A stretch of 40,339 nucleotides of DNA, from the UHGV virus genome UHGV-0008619; one strand, written 5' to 3'. Positions within the stretch are counted from its first letter, which is position 1. Each line of letters starts with the position of its first letter. The notes beneath the pieces were generated by a model, which saw only the letters and a program-made list of their open reading frames with translations, ran no database searches and was not told the DNA's origin. This stretch comes from a virus. A program made the translations under genes and the position numbers. Below, piece after piece: positions 18,180 through 26,453 of this stretch.

Positions 18180-18205
18180 CCCCGCCGTGGCGGGGTGTTT
18201 TTTTT
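18180..18205. terminator. rho-independent terminator (bidirectional)
   Basis: CCCCGCC-GTG-GGCGGGG hairpin followed by T8 on + strand, T-rich on - strand. Confidence 0.7.
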
Positions 18206-18386
18206 AATCGTAGGATAGAAATGCTACTTCTTTGCCATCCCAAGTCGTACAGCCGATATATCCATCACCCATGTCATGAAGATACCACGTCTCACCGTTA
18301 TCAGCCCGTACAGTGAGATCATTAATTTCATAGTCGGCAAACAATGTAAAAGCGCCAGTGCGCTCCACTACACAAAAATAAGGCAT
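18204..18386 (-). CDS. hypothetical protein (60 aa) downstream of M
   Basis: ATG 18386 preceded by GGGAGGGGGG RBS directly after M stop. Confidence 0.5.
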   Translation of the reverse strand: MPYFCVVERTGAFTLFADYEINDLTVRADNGETWYLHDMGDGYIGCTTWDGKEVAFLSYD

Positions 18387-18396
18387 ACCCCCTCCC

Positions 18397-18750
18397 TTAA
18401 TTAATAACTTGCTCAAACGTTGCGTTTAGTGTGTACACAGGCCCGTCTTTGGTCATACTCCAGTTACGACAAACGAAAAGCCTTTGCACCCCATCCATCG
18501 AAGGCGTCCAGTAGAAAGCATCGACAGCGCCTCGCGCCCTCAAGAATGCTTCTGCCTGGATCGCTACATTCCCACTATCACCGCATCCGGCGCTACTGCC
18601 TTTAAAAACCAGGGTATAACTATCAAGTAATGTGTTAATCCCTTTCGCCTGCCTTTGTTCATAGTTGTCACCAAGTTTAATGACAGATACGTTTGGTTCC
18701 CTGGTCACGCTGTAGCTTCTTTGCGGCGTCCATCTGAAAACTTCCGGCAT
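18397..18750 (-). CDS. minor tail protein M-like
   Basis: 117 aa; FRW near N-terminus and C-terminal FEQVIN match lambda M pattern; GGGGG RBS. Confidence 0.8.
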   Translation of the reverse strand: MPEVFRWTPQRSYSVTREPNVSVIKLGDNYEQRQAKGINTLLDSYTLVFKGSSAGCGDSGNVAIQAEAFLRARGAVDAFYWTPSMDGVQRLFVCRNWSMTKDGPVYTLNATFEQVIN

Positions 18751-18773
18751 GATTCCCCCTATAAGTTACATAT

Positions 18774-18814
18774 TGCATACATCTTTACGCGTTGCTACGC
18801 GAAAAATGAGAAAT
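18774..18814. repeat. conserved ~40-bp element, copy 1 (upstream of M)
   Basis: TGCATACATCTTTACGCGTTGCTACGCGAAAAATGAG; near-identical to 31521..31560; contains hairpin CGCGT-TGCT-ACGCG. Confidence 0.6.
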
Positions 18815-18849
18815 TCATCACAAGAATTATAACCAGTTTACAAAATGGC

Positions 18850-18878
18850 TTCACATAAGGCGTGACAAGATGTATATA
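18850..18878 (+). promoter_or_regulatory. candidate promoter (TTCACA-17-TATATA) for M-H intergenic cluster
   Basis: -35/-10-like hexamers with 17-bp spacer about 40 nt upstream of ATG 18920. Confidence 0.35.
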
Positions 18879-18919
18879 GTAAGCAAGAAGAAAAAGCAGT
18901 ACCGACAAGGGGGGGCAAT

Positions 18920-19075
18920 ATGGAACGCTATGTGGTTGTGATGCTGAACAAAGCATTCGAACAGGTGGAAGTTGCGATTGTGAAGGGCTTTGATGATGCA
19001 TTCAAATACGGTCAATTCATGATGAATGCAAAAGAAGATGAATACCGTGATTTCTTCCTGAAAGTGGTCAACTAA
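18920..19075 (+). CDS. small hypothetical protein (51 aa)
   Basis: GGGGGG RBS before ATG 18920; below ORF-track cutoff. Confidence 0.4.
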   Translation: MERYVVVMLNKAFEQVEVAIVKGFDDAFKYGQFMMNAKEDEYRDFFLKVVN

Positions 19076-19093
19076 TGGATTGCGGGGTGGGTT

Positions 19094-19348
19094 ATGAAAT
19101 TGGTAGCGATTGGTAAAAACCTGAAAGCACAGAAAAACGCACAGGACCGGATCATCAAAAAGGGCAAGGCTTTATTAAATGCTTTCCTGAAAAAAGAGGC
19201 CAACCCCAAAAAATTACGCGATGGCTACGGTTATAAATTTGACATCAACCCCGATTGGCGGTTATTCAGCGAAGATTTAAAGATGTGGTTAATTATTGAC
19301 CACCTGGAATATAACAGGCACTGTGGGGTGAAAGGGGCGCATAAGTAA
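19094..19348 (+). CDS. hypothetical basic protein
   Basis: 84 aa, Lys-rich; GGGGTGGG RBS before ATG 19094. Confidence 0.5.
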   Translation: MKLVAIGKNLKAQKNAQDRIIKKGKALLNAFLKKEANPKKLRDGYGYKFDINPDWRLFSEDLKMWLIIDHLEYNRHCGVKGAHK

Positions 19349-19462
19349 GGCGGGCATGAAGGGCGATAAATCCACCTGGCGGGAGAACTGGAATATTTGG
19401 TTGGTGATTTTTGTGAGGGTATATATCTCGCGGAATGGTCGGATATAAAAATGGGTGTGATT

Positions 19463-20395
19463 ATGGCGCGAAAAATGACACATGAAGAACATATTGCAGA
19501 TATAGCAAATGTCAATCCGCGTGTTGATATTTTAGGAGAAATTACAGGCTGCAATGATAAGGTGTTGTGTCGTTGCAGAGTTTGTAACCACGAATGGCGT
19601 ACTACGCCGCACAGCCTTAAGACTGGCAGGGGCTGCCCCGAATGTAAAAGAACAAAGATAGCACGAATAAAACAACTATCACATAACGATCATGTCGCTG
19701 CAATTGCTAATGTTAATCCATTTGTTGAAGTGCTAGAAAAAATTGTTAATGTAAAGAAAAAGATCACATGTCGTTGTAATAATTGCAAAAACATATGGAT
19801 GACTACGCCAAATGATCTCAAAAACGGTCACGGCTGTCCGAAATGCTCTGGCGTAGCGAAGCTGTCACATGAAGAGCAGATTGCAGCTATTGCGAAAGTT
19901 AACCAAAATGTTGAGGTAATAGGTAATATCGTTAATGACAAAACAAAAGTATCATGCTGCTGCAAGGTTTGTGGTCATGTGTGGTCGGCTACGCCTAACG
20001 ACCTTAAAAATGGGCGCGGCTGTCCGAAATGCGCGAAACGCGGGTTTTTATCCCACGATCACGGAAAACTTTACATCATGGTTGATGATCTGGAGGTGCC
20101 AACAATGATGAAAATCGGCGTGAGCGTTAAGGAGAACGAGCGAAGAAATAAAGTATTAAAAAGCGCACATAAAGCAGGTGTCAGAATCCCTGATTTGTAT
20201 GTCGCGAAAACGTGGGTGGGGCCAACTGAAAAAGTACAAGAATTAGAAAGCACGATGCATAAGGCTTTTAGCAATTATAAAATTAACTTTCCTGTAAAAT
20301 TTGATGGGAGTAATGAATTTTTCTACTACAGGCCGGAAGTATTCAGCATGGTAGAAAGTACATACAGTGATATTGTAAATAAAAATGCGGCATGA
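19463..20395 (+). CDS. protein with three tandem zinc-ribbon repeats and C-terminal T5orf172/GIY-YIG-like domain
   Basis: Three ~58 aa repeats each with C-x2-C ... GxGCPxC; C-terminal KLYIMVDD...KIGVS...ERRNKVL resembles T5orf172; start 19463 or 19451 (track start is TTG 19397). Confidence 0.6.
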   Translation: MARKMTHEEHIADIANVNPRVDILGEITGCNDKVLCRCRVCNHEWRTTPHSLKTGRGCPECKRTKIARIKQLSHNDHVAAIANVNPFVEVLEKIVNVKKKITCRCNNCKNIWMTTPNDLKNGHGCPKCSGVAKLSHEEQIAAIAKVNQNVEVIGNIVNDKTKVSCCCKVCGHVWSATPNDLKNGRGCPKCAKRGFLSHDHGKLYIMVDDLEVPTMMKIGVSVKENERRNKVLKSAHKAGVRIPDLYVAKTWVGPTEKVQELESTMHKAFSNYKINFPVKFDGSNEFFYYRPEVFSMVESTYSDIVNKNAA

Positions 20396-20435
20396 ATATT
20401 CAGCCCACCACCATTAGTGACGGGCTTATTCTTTG

Positions 20436-22643
20436 TTATCTTTTTCGTGGCTGTATAATCCCCCCGGGGCGCGTGCTCTGCTCCCTCACAACACCCATAG
20501 CAACCTTCTTCATCGTCTCTTGCAGTTTGGCGCTGTCCTGCTCGGTCCATCCGTTCTCGGCTGTTATGTTGATGGTAACAGGCATGTTGATGCCGCCACC
20601 GCCGCCAATATCACGGCCCGGAATGATACGACCGTTCTCGCCTGGGATCATGTACTGCCTACCGTTATTGGTCTGGAAAAGCTCGGGGACTTTGTTTTCA
20701 CCGACCCTATAAAGATTGCCACCATTAACCGCACCGCCGTTATAACGAGCACCAGCAAGCCCAAGCGCCTTAGCCCCAGCCACACCAGTGGCAAGACTCG
20801 TGCCCCCCACGGTCGCCGCTCCGCCCATCGTGGCAACGTTTGCCAGGTATGCAGGAGTGGCCCACGCAGAGCCTAATGCAGTAGCCTCGGCTAGTGCTTT
20901 AGCTGTTGCCGCAGCGCTGGCGGCCTCACCGATCAATTGCTGTTTAACCCATTCAGCCCCCATTTGAACAAGTGTACCGATAACGGAGGAAAGGATTGTA
21001 TTGCCAATGTTAGCCAGCGCCTGCTGCCAGCTTTGAGTACCGTTAACCAGGCCCACAAGCGCATTTGTTGCAGATCCGCCCATTGCATCAACGGTATCGC
21101 CCAACAGTTTGTAGCTCATTGACTGTGCTTTATATCGCTCCCATTCAAGGGTGAGCATTTCCTGTGCGTGTGCTCTTTCTTGTTCCCTCATATATTGCTC
21201 AGTAGCGCCAAGATCTTCCAGCATTTGCTTACGAACGGTCCATTCATTTTGCGCCTGCTGTATTGGGTCCAGCTCGCCGCGCTTCTGATCCAGTGAAGGA
21301 ATCATTTTGTCCCATTTTTCTTGCAGCCTATTGATCGGGTCGTTAATTTCTGCCAGAGTTTCGCGCAATTCATCACCGATTCCCTTCATTGCGCCTTTGT
21401 ATTCAAGCATGGTTATTTTCCCGGCTTTAAAGGCTGCATCTATGGCTTTTTGTGATTCAAGCGCTTTGCGCATTGCTGCTGAATCTTCGTTATATGCATC
21501 TGAAATGCGCACACCCTGTTCCGCAAGGCGCTCGGCTTCTGATTTGCCGGTTTTTTTACCTTTGCCATTCTTACCCTTACCACCAGGTTGAGGCTTAAAC
21601 GTTATGCGACTTACACCAGCTTGCCCCGTGGGGAGAGTGGAAACAAATGGCTGTTCTCCATCACCAAACCATCCAACCTGTTTCGCTTGAGCGCGGAACA
21701 AACTAAGCCCAGGTACTATCCCCTCAAACGCCCCAGCCAATAGCCACAATTTGTCAGTTAATGACGTGCTATCGCTCGCCAGGGACTTAAACCAACCGGA
21801 TAACATCTGAACTTCACTAGAAACAGCCTTTATACCAGTAACTACCAAATCAGACACCCCAAGCGCTTGGTTTAGCGTGTCAATTAACAGATCGAAGTTG
21901 TTTTTTAGCTCGTTAAATGCCTGATCTGTTGTTGTTGGCAGCTTTGCGAAGTCCTTCTCTATGTCTTCTGCTCCAGCAAGGATTGCGTTTGTAACATCCT
22001 CGGCGGTGAGCTTACCATCAAGCATTCTTGCGCGAAGTTCACCCATCGAGATCCCCATCTGTTTAGCGACGCGACGCCACACTTCCGGCATGTTTTCAAG
22101 CACAGAGTTGTATTCTTCCGCGCGAACAATGCCGCCAGTCAGTGACTGTCCTAACTGGCGAAGTGCGTTTGACATTTCATCTGAGGAGCTACCTCCGATA
22201 CGGCCTATTTTCTGAAGCGAGTCGGTAAGCTGCAATACCTGTTGACTTGTCGCACTGGTATCCTGTAGGCTGGCCTTTAGGCTTTCCCACAGCTTCCCGG
22301 TGCTTTGAACACTCATCCCTGTGCGATTCGATATCTGAATAATCCCGTCAAAATTCGATTTCGCGTCAGCAATGCCGCTTGATAGCCGCGTTACCCTGGC
22401 GCGTAGCAGATTTACGTTATCTGCGATCTCCAGGAATTTTTTTGCAGCCATGACCATCATTCCAATGTTCACAGCTTTGGATAACTTACTTATCGTGGTA
22501 TTAAGTGACTGCACTGATTTATCGGTACGTTTGGCACCTTGCTCGATTTTATCAAACGAGTCCTCAGCCTTGCGTTGAGCTACGAGTAACCGCTCGGTTT
22601 TTGCGTCAACGGTATACTCAATCGTGCCCACATTTGTTGTCAT
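20436..22643 (-). CDS. tail tape measure protein
   Basis: 735 aa, long helical/low-complexity Ala/Gly-rich protein, position between chaperone and M; GGAG RBS. Confidence 0.85.
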   Translation of the reverse strand: MTTNVGTIEYTVDAKTERLLVAQRKAEDSFDKIEQGAKRTDKSVQSLNTTISKLSKAVNIGMMVMAAKKFLEIADNVNLLRARVTRLSSGIADAKSNFDGIIQISNRTGMSVQSTGKLWESLKASLQDTSATSQQVLQLTDSLQKIGRIGGSSSDEMSNALRQLGQSLTGGIVRAEEYNSVLENMPEVWRRVAKQMGISMGELRARMLDGKLTAEDVTNAILAGAEDIEKDFAKLPTTTDQAFNELKNNFDLLIDTLNQALGVSDLVVTGIKAVSSEVQMLSGWFKSLASDSTSLTDKLWLLAGAFEGIVPGLSLFRAQAKQVGWFGDGEQPFVSTLPTGQAGVSRITFKPQPGGKGKNGKGKKTGKSEAERLAEQGVRISDAYNEDSAAMRKALESQKAIDAAFKAGKITMLEYKGAMKGIGDELRETLAEINDPINRLQEKWDKMIPSLDQKRGELDPIQQAQNEWTVRKQMLEDLGATEQYMREQERAHAQEMLTLEWERYKAQSMSYKLLGDTVDAMGGSATNALVGLVNGTQSWQQALANIGNTILSSVIGTLVQMGAEWVKQQLIGEAASAAATAKALAEATALGSAWATPAYLANVATMGGAATVGGTSLATGVAGAKALGLAGARYNGGAVNGGNLYRVGENKVPELFQTNNGRQYMIPGENGRIIPGRDIGGGGGINMPVTINITAENGWTEQDSAKLQETMKKVAMGVVREQSTRPGGIIQPRKR

Positions 22644-22678
22644 GATTGTTACTCCACTTTTGTGATCTGTGTATCTAT

Positions 22679-22722
22679 TTTATACAAAATGTCTTTACTA
22701 CAACGACTCCATTTTGTATAAA
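22679..22722. promoter_or_regulatory. 12-bp perfect inverted repeat (TTTATACAAAAT/ATTTTGTATAAA) overlapping candidate promoter TTTACT-17-TATAAA
   Basis: Arms at 22679-22690 and 22711-22722, 20-bp spacer; right arm contains -10-like TATAAA. Confidence 0.45.
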
Positions 22723-22799
22723 GAGACTAAAGGAAAGGGATAGAGTAAAGGGGTTTGAAAGGACCGGATAAACCGGAGGAAGCAAAAGAGGATAAGAAA

Positions 22800-22889
22800 A
22801 TGAAAAACGTAAACTATCGTCCCAACGAACATGAACGCTATGCGGACTTCATAGAAGAAATGTTAAAAGCACTTAAAAACAAAAATTAA
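22800..22889 (+). CDS. small hypothetical protein (29 aa)
   Basis: GAGGA RBS 7 nt before ATG 22800; MKNVNYRPNEHERYADFIEEMLKALKNKN. Confidence 0.3.
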   Translation: MKNVNYRPNEHERYADFIEEMLKALKNKN

Positions 22890-22901
22890 TCGAGGCGGGT
22901 T

Positions 22902-23399
22902 ATGAAACGGTTAGTAAAAGTCGCGGTAGCTGCGGTCATGGCAATATTCGCGGTCAATGCAAATGCAAGTAATAAAGTCAGCAAGATGTGCGACGCTATT
23001 TATCCAGCCTACGAAAAAGCATATACAATGGCAAATGTAAACTTTTTTTCAATTGGTAGGCACGGCGTTAACTGGGAGTATTTCATCTTAAATAAAGATA
23101 GCAGGACCAAAAAGAGTGACGCTAAAATGATAAAAGCGCACAGTGAAAGTTTCGCTCACATGATGGCTGTTATTGAAAACAAAGAAAATGACAATGAATT
23201 TAAAAACTTTGTCGCCGGACTTGCCATCATGGCTGCCGAACGGGCGATAAAGGATCACGACAATAACGCTTATGCCGCTGCCGACGAGATGGCATTAGAT
23301 AGGGTAAGAATTGACTTCAAAAACATGTGCATCAAAGAAGGCGCTAACATGTATAAAAAAGTAATAGATAAACACCACGAATATTATATAGGTTATTAA
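22902..23399 (+). CDS. secreted/periplasmic hypothetical protein (moron)
   Basis: 165 aa with N-terminal signal peptide MKRLVKVAVAAVMAIFAVNANA; on opposite strand within tail operon; followed by terminator. Confidence 0.65.
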   Translation: MKRLVKVAVAAVMAIFAVNANASNKVSKMCDAIYPAYEKAYTMANVNFFSIGRHGVNWEYFILNKDSRTKKSDAKMIKAHSESFAHMMAVIENKENDNEFKNFVAGLAIMAAERAIKDHDNNAYAAADEMALDRVRIDFKNMCIKEGANMYKKVIDKHHEYYIGY

Positions 23400-23428
23400 A
23401 AAAAGGCCCGGCTAATCCCGGGCTTTTT
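23397..23428. terminator. bidirectional rho-independent terminator
   Basis: A-run, GCCCGG-CTAATC-CCGGGC hairpin, T5. Confidence 0.7.
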
Positions 23429-24092
23429 CTTGCTCGCTATTTTCCATTCTTTTTAATATCTCCACAGCCTCCCTCATTCCATCGTCATAAGCCTTTTTAT
23501 CCAGCAATACATCTGGTCGTTTTTGTTTGCTTCTTGCTTCTGGCGGCGTTTTAGCACGCACAGCGGCCCTGTATCCGGTCATTGTCATGCCCCACGCTTC
23601 TGATTCAGATAACCCCAGGTGGGCAACGGCAGAATAAACGAAATCAAGTACATCAAATGTCGGCTTGTATTCACCTTCCTGGATCTCGCTTGTATTTTCT
23701 TCCGGCCCGTCACCGATTAAACCGTGGTACATGCAGTGTTGCGCCAGCGTGATAACATCATCAACTGGCATTATTCCGGGCTTTAACCTTAATTTACCCG
23801 AAGGAGTAAGCCAGCATTCGCCCAATAACGGGCCTATTTCGCATTCTGAGCAACATTTCAGTACGTGGATGGATGTTTGCACTATCTCACCATAACACCG
23901 CGCCATAATGCGATTGCGGAGGTCTGGATCTGTGGGTAATCGTGAAGGGTATTTGCTACCGTGGATGGTTGCGAAACATTCCACAAGCTCCCTGTCATTA
24001 CCGATTTTAGCCATCGCAGCAAAACACGGGTTAAATTCATAGCGCTTACCGTTCACCACAGCCGCAAATTGTCCTGTACGAACATGGATCAT
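23412..24092 (-). CDS. tail assembly chaperone (G/GT-position protein)
   Basis: Position between major tail and tape measure genes; ATG 24092 with AGGGTGA RBS; acidic C-terminus. Confidence 0.5.
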   Translation of the reverse strand: MIHVRTGQFAAVVNGKRYEFNPCFAAMAKIGNDRELVECFATIHGSKYPSRLPTDPDLRNRIMARCYGEIVQTSIHVLKCCSECEIGPLLGECWLTPSGKLRLKPGIMPVDDVITLAQHCMYHGLIGDGPEENTSEIQEGEYKPTFDVLDFVYSAVAHLGLSESEAWGMTMTGYRAAVRAKTPPEARSKQKRPDVLLDKKAYDDGMREAVEILKRMENSEQEKARD

Positions 24093-24135
24093 AGCATTCA
24101 CCCTAAAAGGAAGGGGCCAAATGGCCCCTTGTTGT

Positions 24136-24612
24136 TTATGCGGCAACTGGATCGGTTACAGTTACCTGGCCCGCGCTTTCGCACTCAATGGACCAGGTGG
24201 AAACATCATCGTTCGGGTCTTCTTCTTTAAAGGAAGTGCAAAGGAACGGACCTTCAGTCACATCAAGCGGAGAAACAAGTTTAAGCCACACATAAGGTTG
24301 CGCTCCGGTTGTTTCTCCTGGGTTAATAACGTGGCGTTTAAGTGCCTTCTGGTTGTGGATTTCTTCAGTACGGGATACGCCGTCGCCGGAGAAAGAAACA
24401 GATTTGTAAGTCACCATTGATTCTTTCGTGTAATCCGCCGATTTATCAGCGGTGGCGTCTGCGGTTTCCCATTCTACGGAAAGCGTTTTGCCGCGCATCA
24501 TGCCTAACGCTTTGTAATCGTCAGATGACGGCTTCGCATTAGGGCAAGCGATAGCGTAGAATGCGGCAACGTCGCGGCCTAAAAATGCGCCTTTTTGACA
24601 AGTCTGAGACAT
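24136..24612 (-). CDS. major tail (tube) protein
   Basis: 158 aa, position immediately upstream of chaperone/TMP; AAGAGG RBS. Confidence 0.65.
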   Translation of the reverse strand: MSQTCQKGAFLGRDVAAFYAIACPNAKPSSDDYKALGMMRGKTLSVEWETADATADKSADYTKESMVTYKSVSFSGDGVSRTEEIHNQKALKRHVINPGETTGAQPYVWLKLVSPLDVTEGPFLCTSFKEEDPNDDVSTWSIECESAGQVTVTDPVAA

Positions 24613-24625
24613 GTTTAGTTACCTC

Positions 24626-25012
24626 TTATCTGGATATTATGGTTTGAAAAGCTACGGTAAAAATAAAGCGCCCTTCTCTCGTCTGCATTGCAGGAATAGC
24701 GCCAACTGGCTTCATGTGTGTAATTTTATCAGTTTTATACTCTGTTATCATACTTTGGCGTATTGCGTCGGCGAGGTCTTCCACTTCACTAATATTTGCA
24801 TCGTTACGCGCTGAAATAACCAGGATGCGAAAATAGTCACGGGTTATCGCCTCTTCTCCCGCCGCTCCGCCGTTTTGCTGTATGACAATATATCTGCTGT
24901 TATTCGAATTGGATCGCTCATTCCAGAAACGGGCCTGCAAAATATAACCTTCGTCGTACCCGTGGGATTTAATCCAATCCCTTATTTCGTCGTAAACCTC
25001 GCTGCGTTTCAT
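24626..25012 (-). CDS. tail terminator/completion protein (by position)
   Basis: 128 aa ORF directly upstream of major tail gene. Confidence 0.45.
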   Translation of the reverse strand: MKRSEVYDEIRDWIKSHGYDEGYILQARFWNERSNSNNSRYIVIQQNGGAAGEEAITRDYFRILVISARNDANISEVEDLADAIRQSMITEYKTDKITHMKPVGAIPAMQTREGRFIFTVAFQTIISR

Positions 25013-25449
25013 GTTTTGTAACCTTCTATAATCGTTTTATAAATATCGTCGGCGTTATCTGGTTCTTCGAATGCTTTGCGCAAAAATTCCGGTTCCGCGT
25101 TTGGATCCCAGTAATCACCCTTACCAGTACCGCCGCCAAATTCGACGCCTTCTCTTGTTTTGCCGAAATGTTCGCGCGGCTGGCCTTTTAATGTGCCTGG
25201 CATATTGTGTACCCATTCAGCGTAACGGGCCGTATATCCCAGCCGTAACTGCATACCCTCAGCCGTGCTACCTATGTACTGGAATTGACTGTTAATTAAA
25301 AAACCAGTATCGATCGGTGTCATGTTCGCAGCGAATCCACCAGCAACAAGCCCCACTCGCCATAATACATCGTGCGTTTTTCTGTCTGTAATTTCCTTTA
25401 GTTCCTGCTTCAATCGCTCCCTGACGCGTTTAACACCCTTAATAGGCAT
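25009..25449 (-). CDS. head-tail joining protein (HK97 gp10-like by position)
   Basis: 146 aa ORF in head-tail connector block, start overlaps neighbour. Confidence 0.4.
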   Translation of the reverse strand: MPIKGVKRVRERLKQELKEITDRKTHDVLWRVGLVAGGFAANMTPIDTGFLINSQFQYIGSTAEGMQLRLGYTARYAEWVHNMPGTLKGQPREHFGKTREGVEFGGGTGKGDYWDPNAEPEFLRKAFEEPDNADDIYKTIIEGYKT

Positions 25450-25451
25450 GA

Positions 25452-25820
25452 TTAACCCCCTGTCACGATCTTATAATCCGGCGTGTCGTTAAACATACTC
25501 ATGTCCCATTCAACGATTCCGGTTATAAAGTTGGCCCCAGCCGCCAGCGGGTCAGCAATAGCGGCAGTGTCGCCAGTGGCAATCATCCACCCTTTTTCCG
25601 GGCGCTGCACTGGCTGCATCTTGTGAAGCAGTTCGGTATATACGGTTATCGTGTTGCTAACCTCATTCCCGTTTGCGTCTGTTGCGGTTCCGTCAGTACG
25701 CTCCCATGCACAATCTACCAGGTATGGCGCACCGTATACGTCGGAGTTTGTCCAGTCGTCACGCGTCACGGGGTAAATGGTGGCTAATGCCTTGTAACTG
25801 AATCTCGCGATCTTACTCAT
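25452..25820 (-). CDS. head-tail adaptor/head closure protein (by position)
   Basis: ORF with ATG 25820 preceded by GGAG; track start 25841 is TTG. Confidence 0.4.
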   Translation of the reverse strand: MSKIARFSYKALATIYPVTRDDWTNSDVYGAPYLVDCAWERTDGTATDANGNEVSNTITVYTELLHKMQPVQRPEKGWMIATGDTAAIADPLAAGANFITGIVEWDMSMFNDTPDYKIVTGG

Positions 25821-25998
25821 AGCCATAGCTCCATTTAACAATTTTCGGATGGGTTTTCGCCACGCGCGGGCAAAGAATTACCCATTCACCAGCATCATTG
25901 AGATAGGCTGCCACCTGTCGCCCGGTGTCAGTTTTCACCCACACGCGGGTAAACAGTTTCGGCAATAGCGGATCCGGTAATGTCAGGTCGTTCCACAT
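25813..25998 (-). CDS. hypothetical protein (61 aa)
   Basis: GGGAGG RBS before ATG 25998. Confidence 0.45.
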   Translation of the reverse strand: MWNDLTLPDPLLPKLFTRVWVKTDTGRQVAAYLNDAGEWVILCPRVAKTHPKIVKWSYGYE

Positions 25999-26000
25999 TG

Positions 26001-26387
26001 TTACATCCTCCCGCTTTTACCTATCCAAAGCCCAGCGTGTGCGGTGTTTTCTGGATCTGGTGGAATCAGTTCGGCTGTACAGTGATGTTTATCAAGGGAG
26101 TAAAGCAACGAGTAGGCTGCCTTCCATTTCTTATTAAAATCGACATAGCGGTATGACTGGCTTGCACCGTTCGGACCAGTTTGCGAGGAAACGTACTTGT
26201 TAGCCTGGGTGAGTCCTAACAGGCCGATCAGATAAAGTTGGATCAATGTTGCAGTGGAGGCCGGATAGTTGGCATCAAGGCATTCATTAACGCTATTCGC
26301 CTGCTCCACCAGCAAGGATAAGATAATGTCTGGCAGGTCAATACCCTGGCTTTCAAGATATTCCCGCGCCTGTTCTGTAGTGACCAT
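26001..26387 (-). CDS. head-tail connector protein (gp6-like)
   Basis: N-terminus MVTTEQAREYLESQGIDL typical of gp6-like connector proteins; GGAG RBS before ATG 26387. Confidence 0.5.
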   Translation of the reverse strand: MVTTEQAREYLESQGIDLPDIILSLLVEQANSVNECLDANYPASTATLIQLYLIGLLGLTQANKYVSSQTGPNGASQSYRYVDFNKKWKAAYSLLYSLDKHHCTAELIPPDPENTAHAGLWIGKSGRM

Positions 26388-26403
26388 TTTGTTTGCTCCA
26401 CAT

Positions 26404-26433
26404 ACAAAAAAAATCCCCGGCATCGCGCCGGGG
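26404..26433 (-). terminator. rho-independent terminator downstream of major capsid gene
   Basis: CCCCGGC-GCGAT-GCCGGGG hairpin followed by T8 on - strand. Confidence 0.65.
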
Positions 26434-26453
26434 AGTTACAGAGAATATATCAA

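Noticed and set aside
18047-18316. Track ORF of 89 aa starting at GTG 18047
   Set aside because: Runs through the strong terminator hairpin at 18180-18205 and into antisense of a - strand gene; the 38 aa ATG-initiated frame with a proper RBS (18057..18173) is preferred.
20392-20876. Plus-strand ORFs (20392..20712, 20433..20876) overlapping the 3' end of the tape measure gene
   Set aside because: Antisense to the tape measure gene, Pro/Arg-rich artefactual translations, no RBS.
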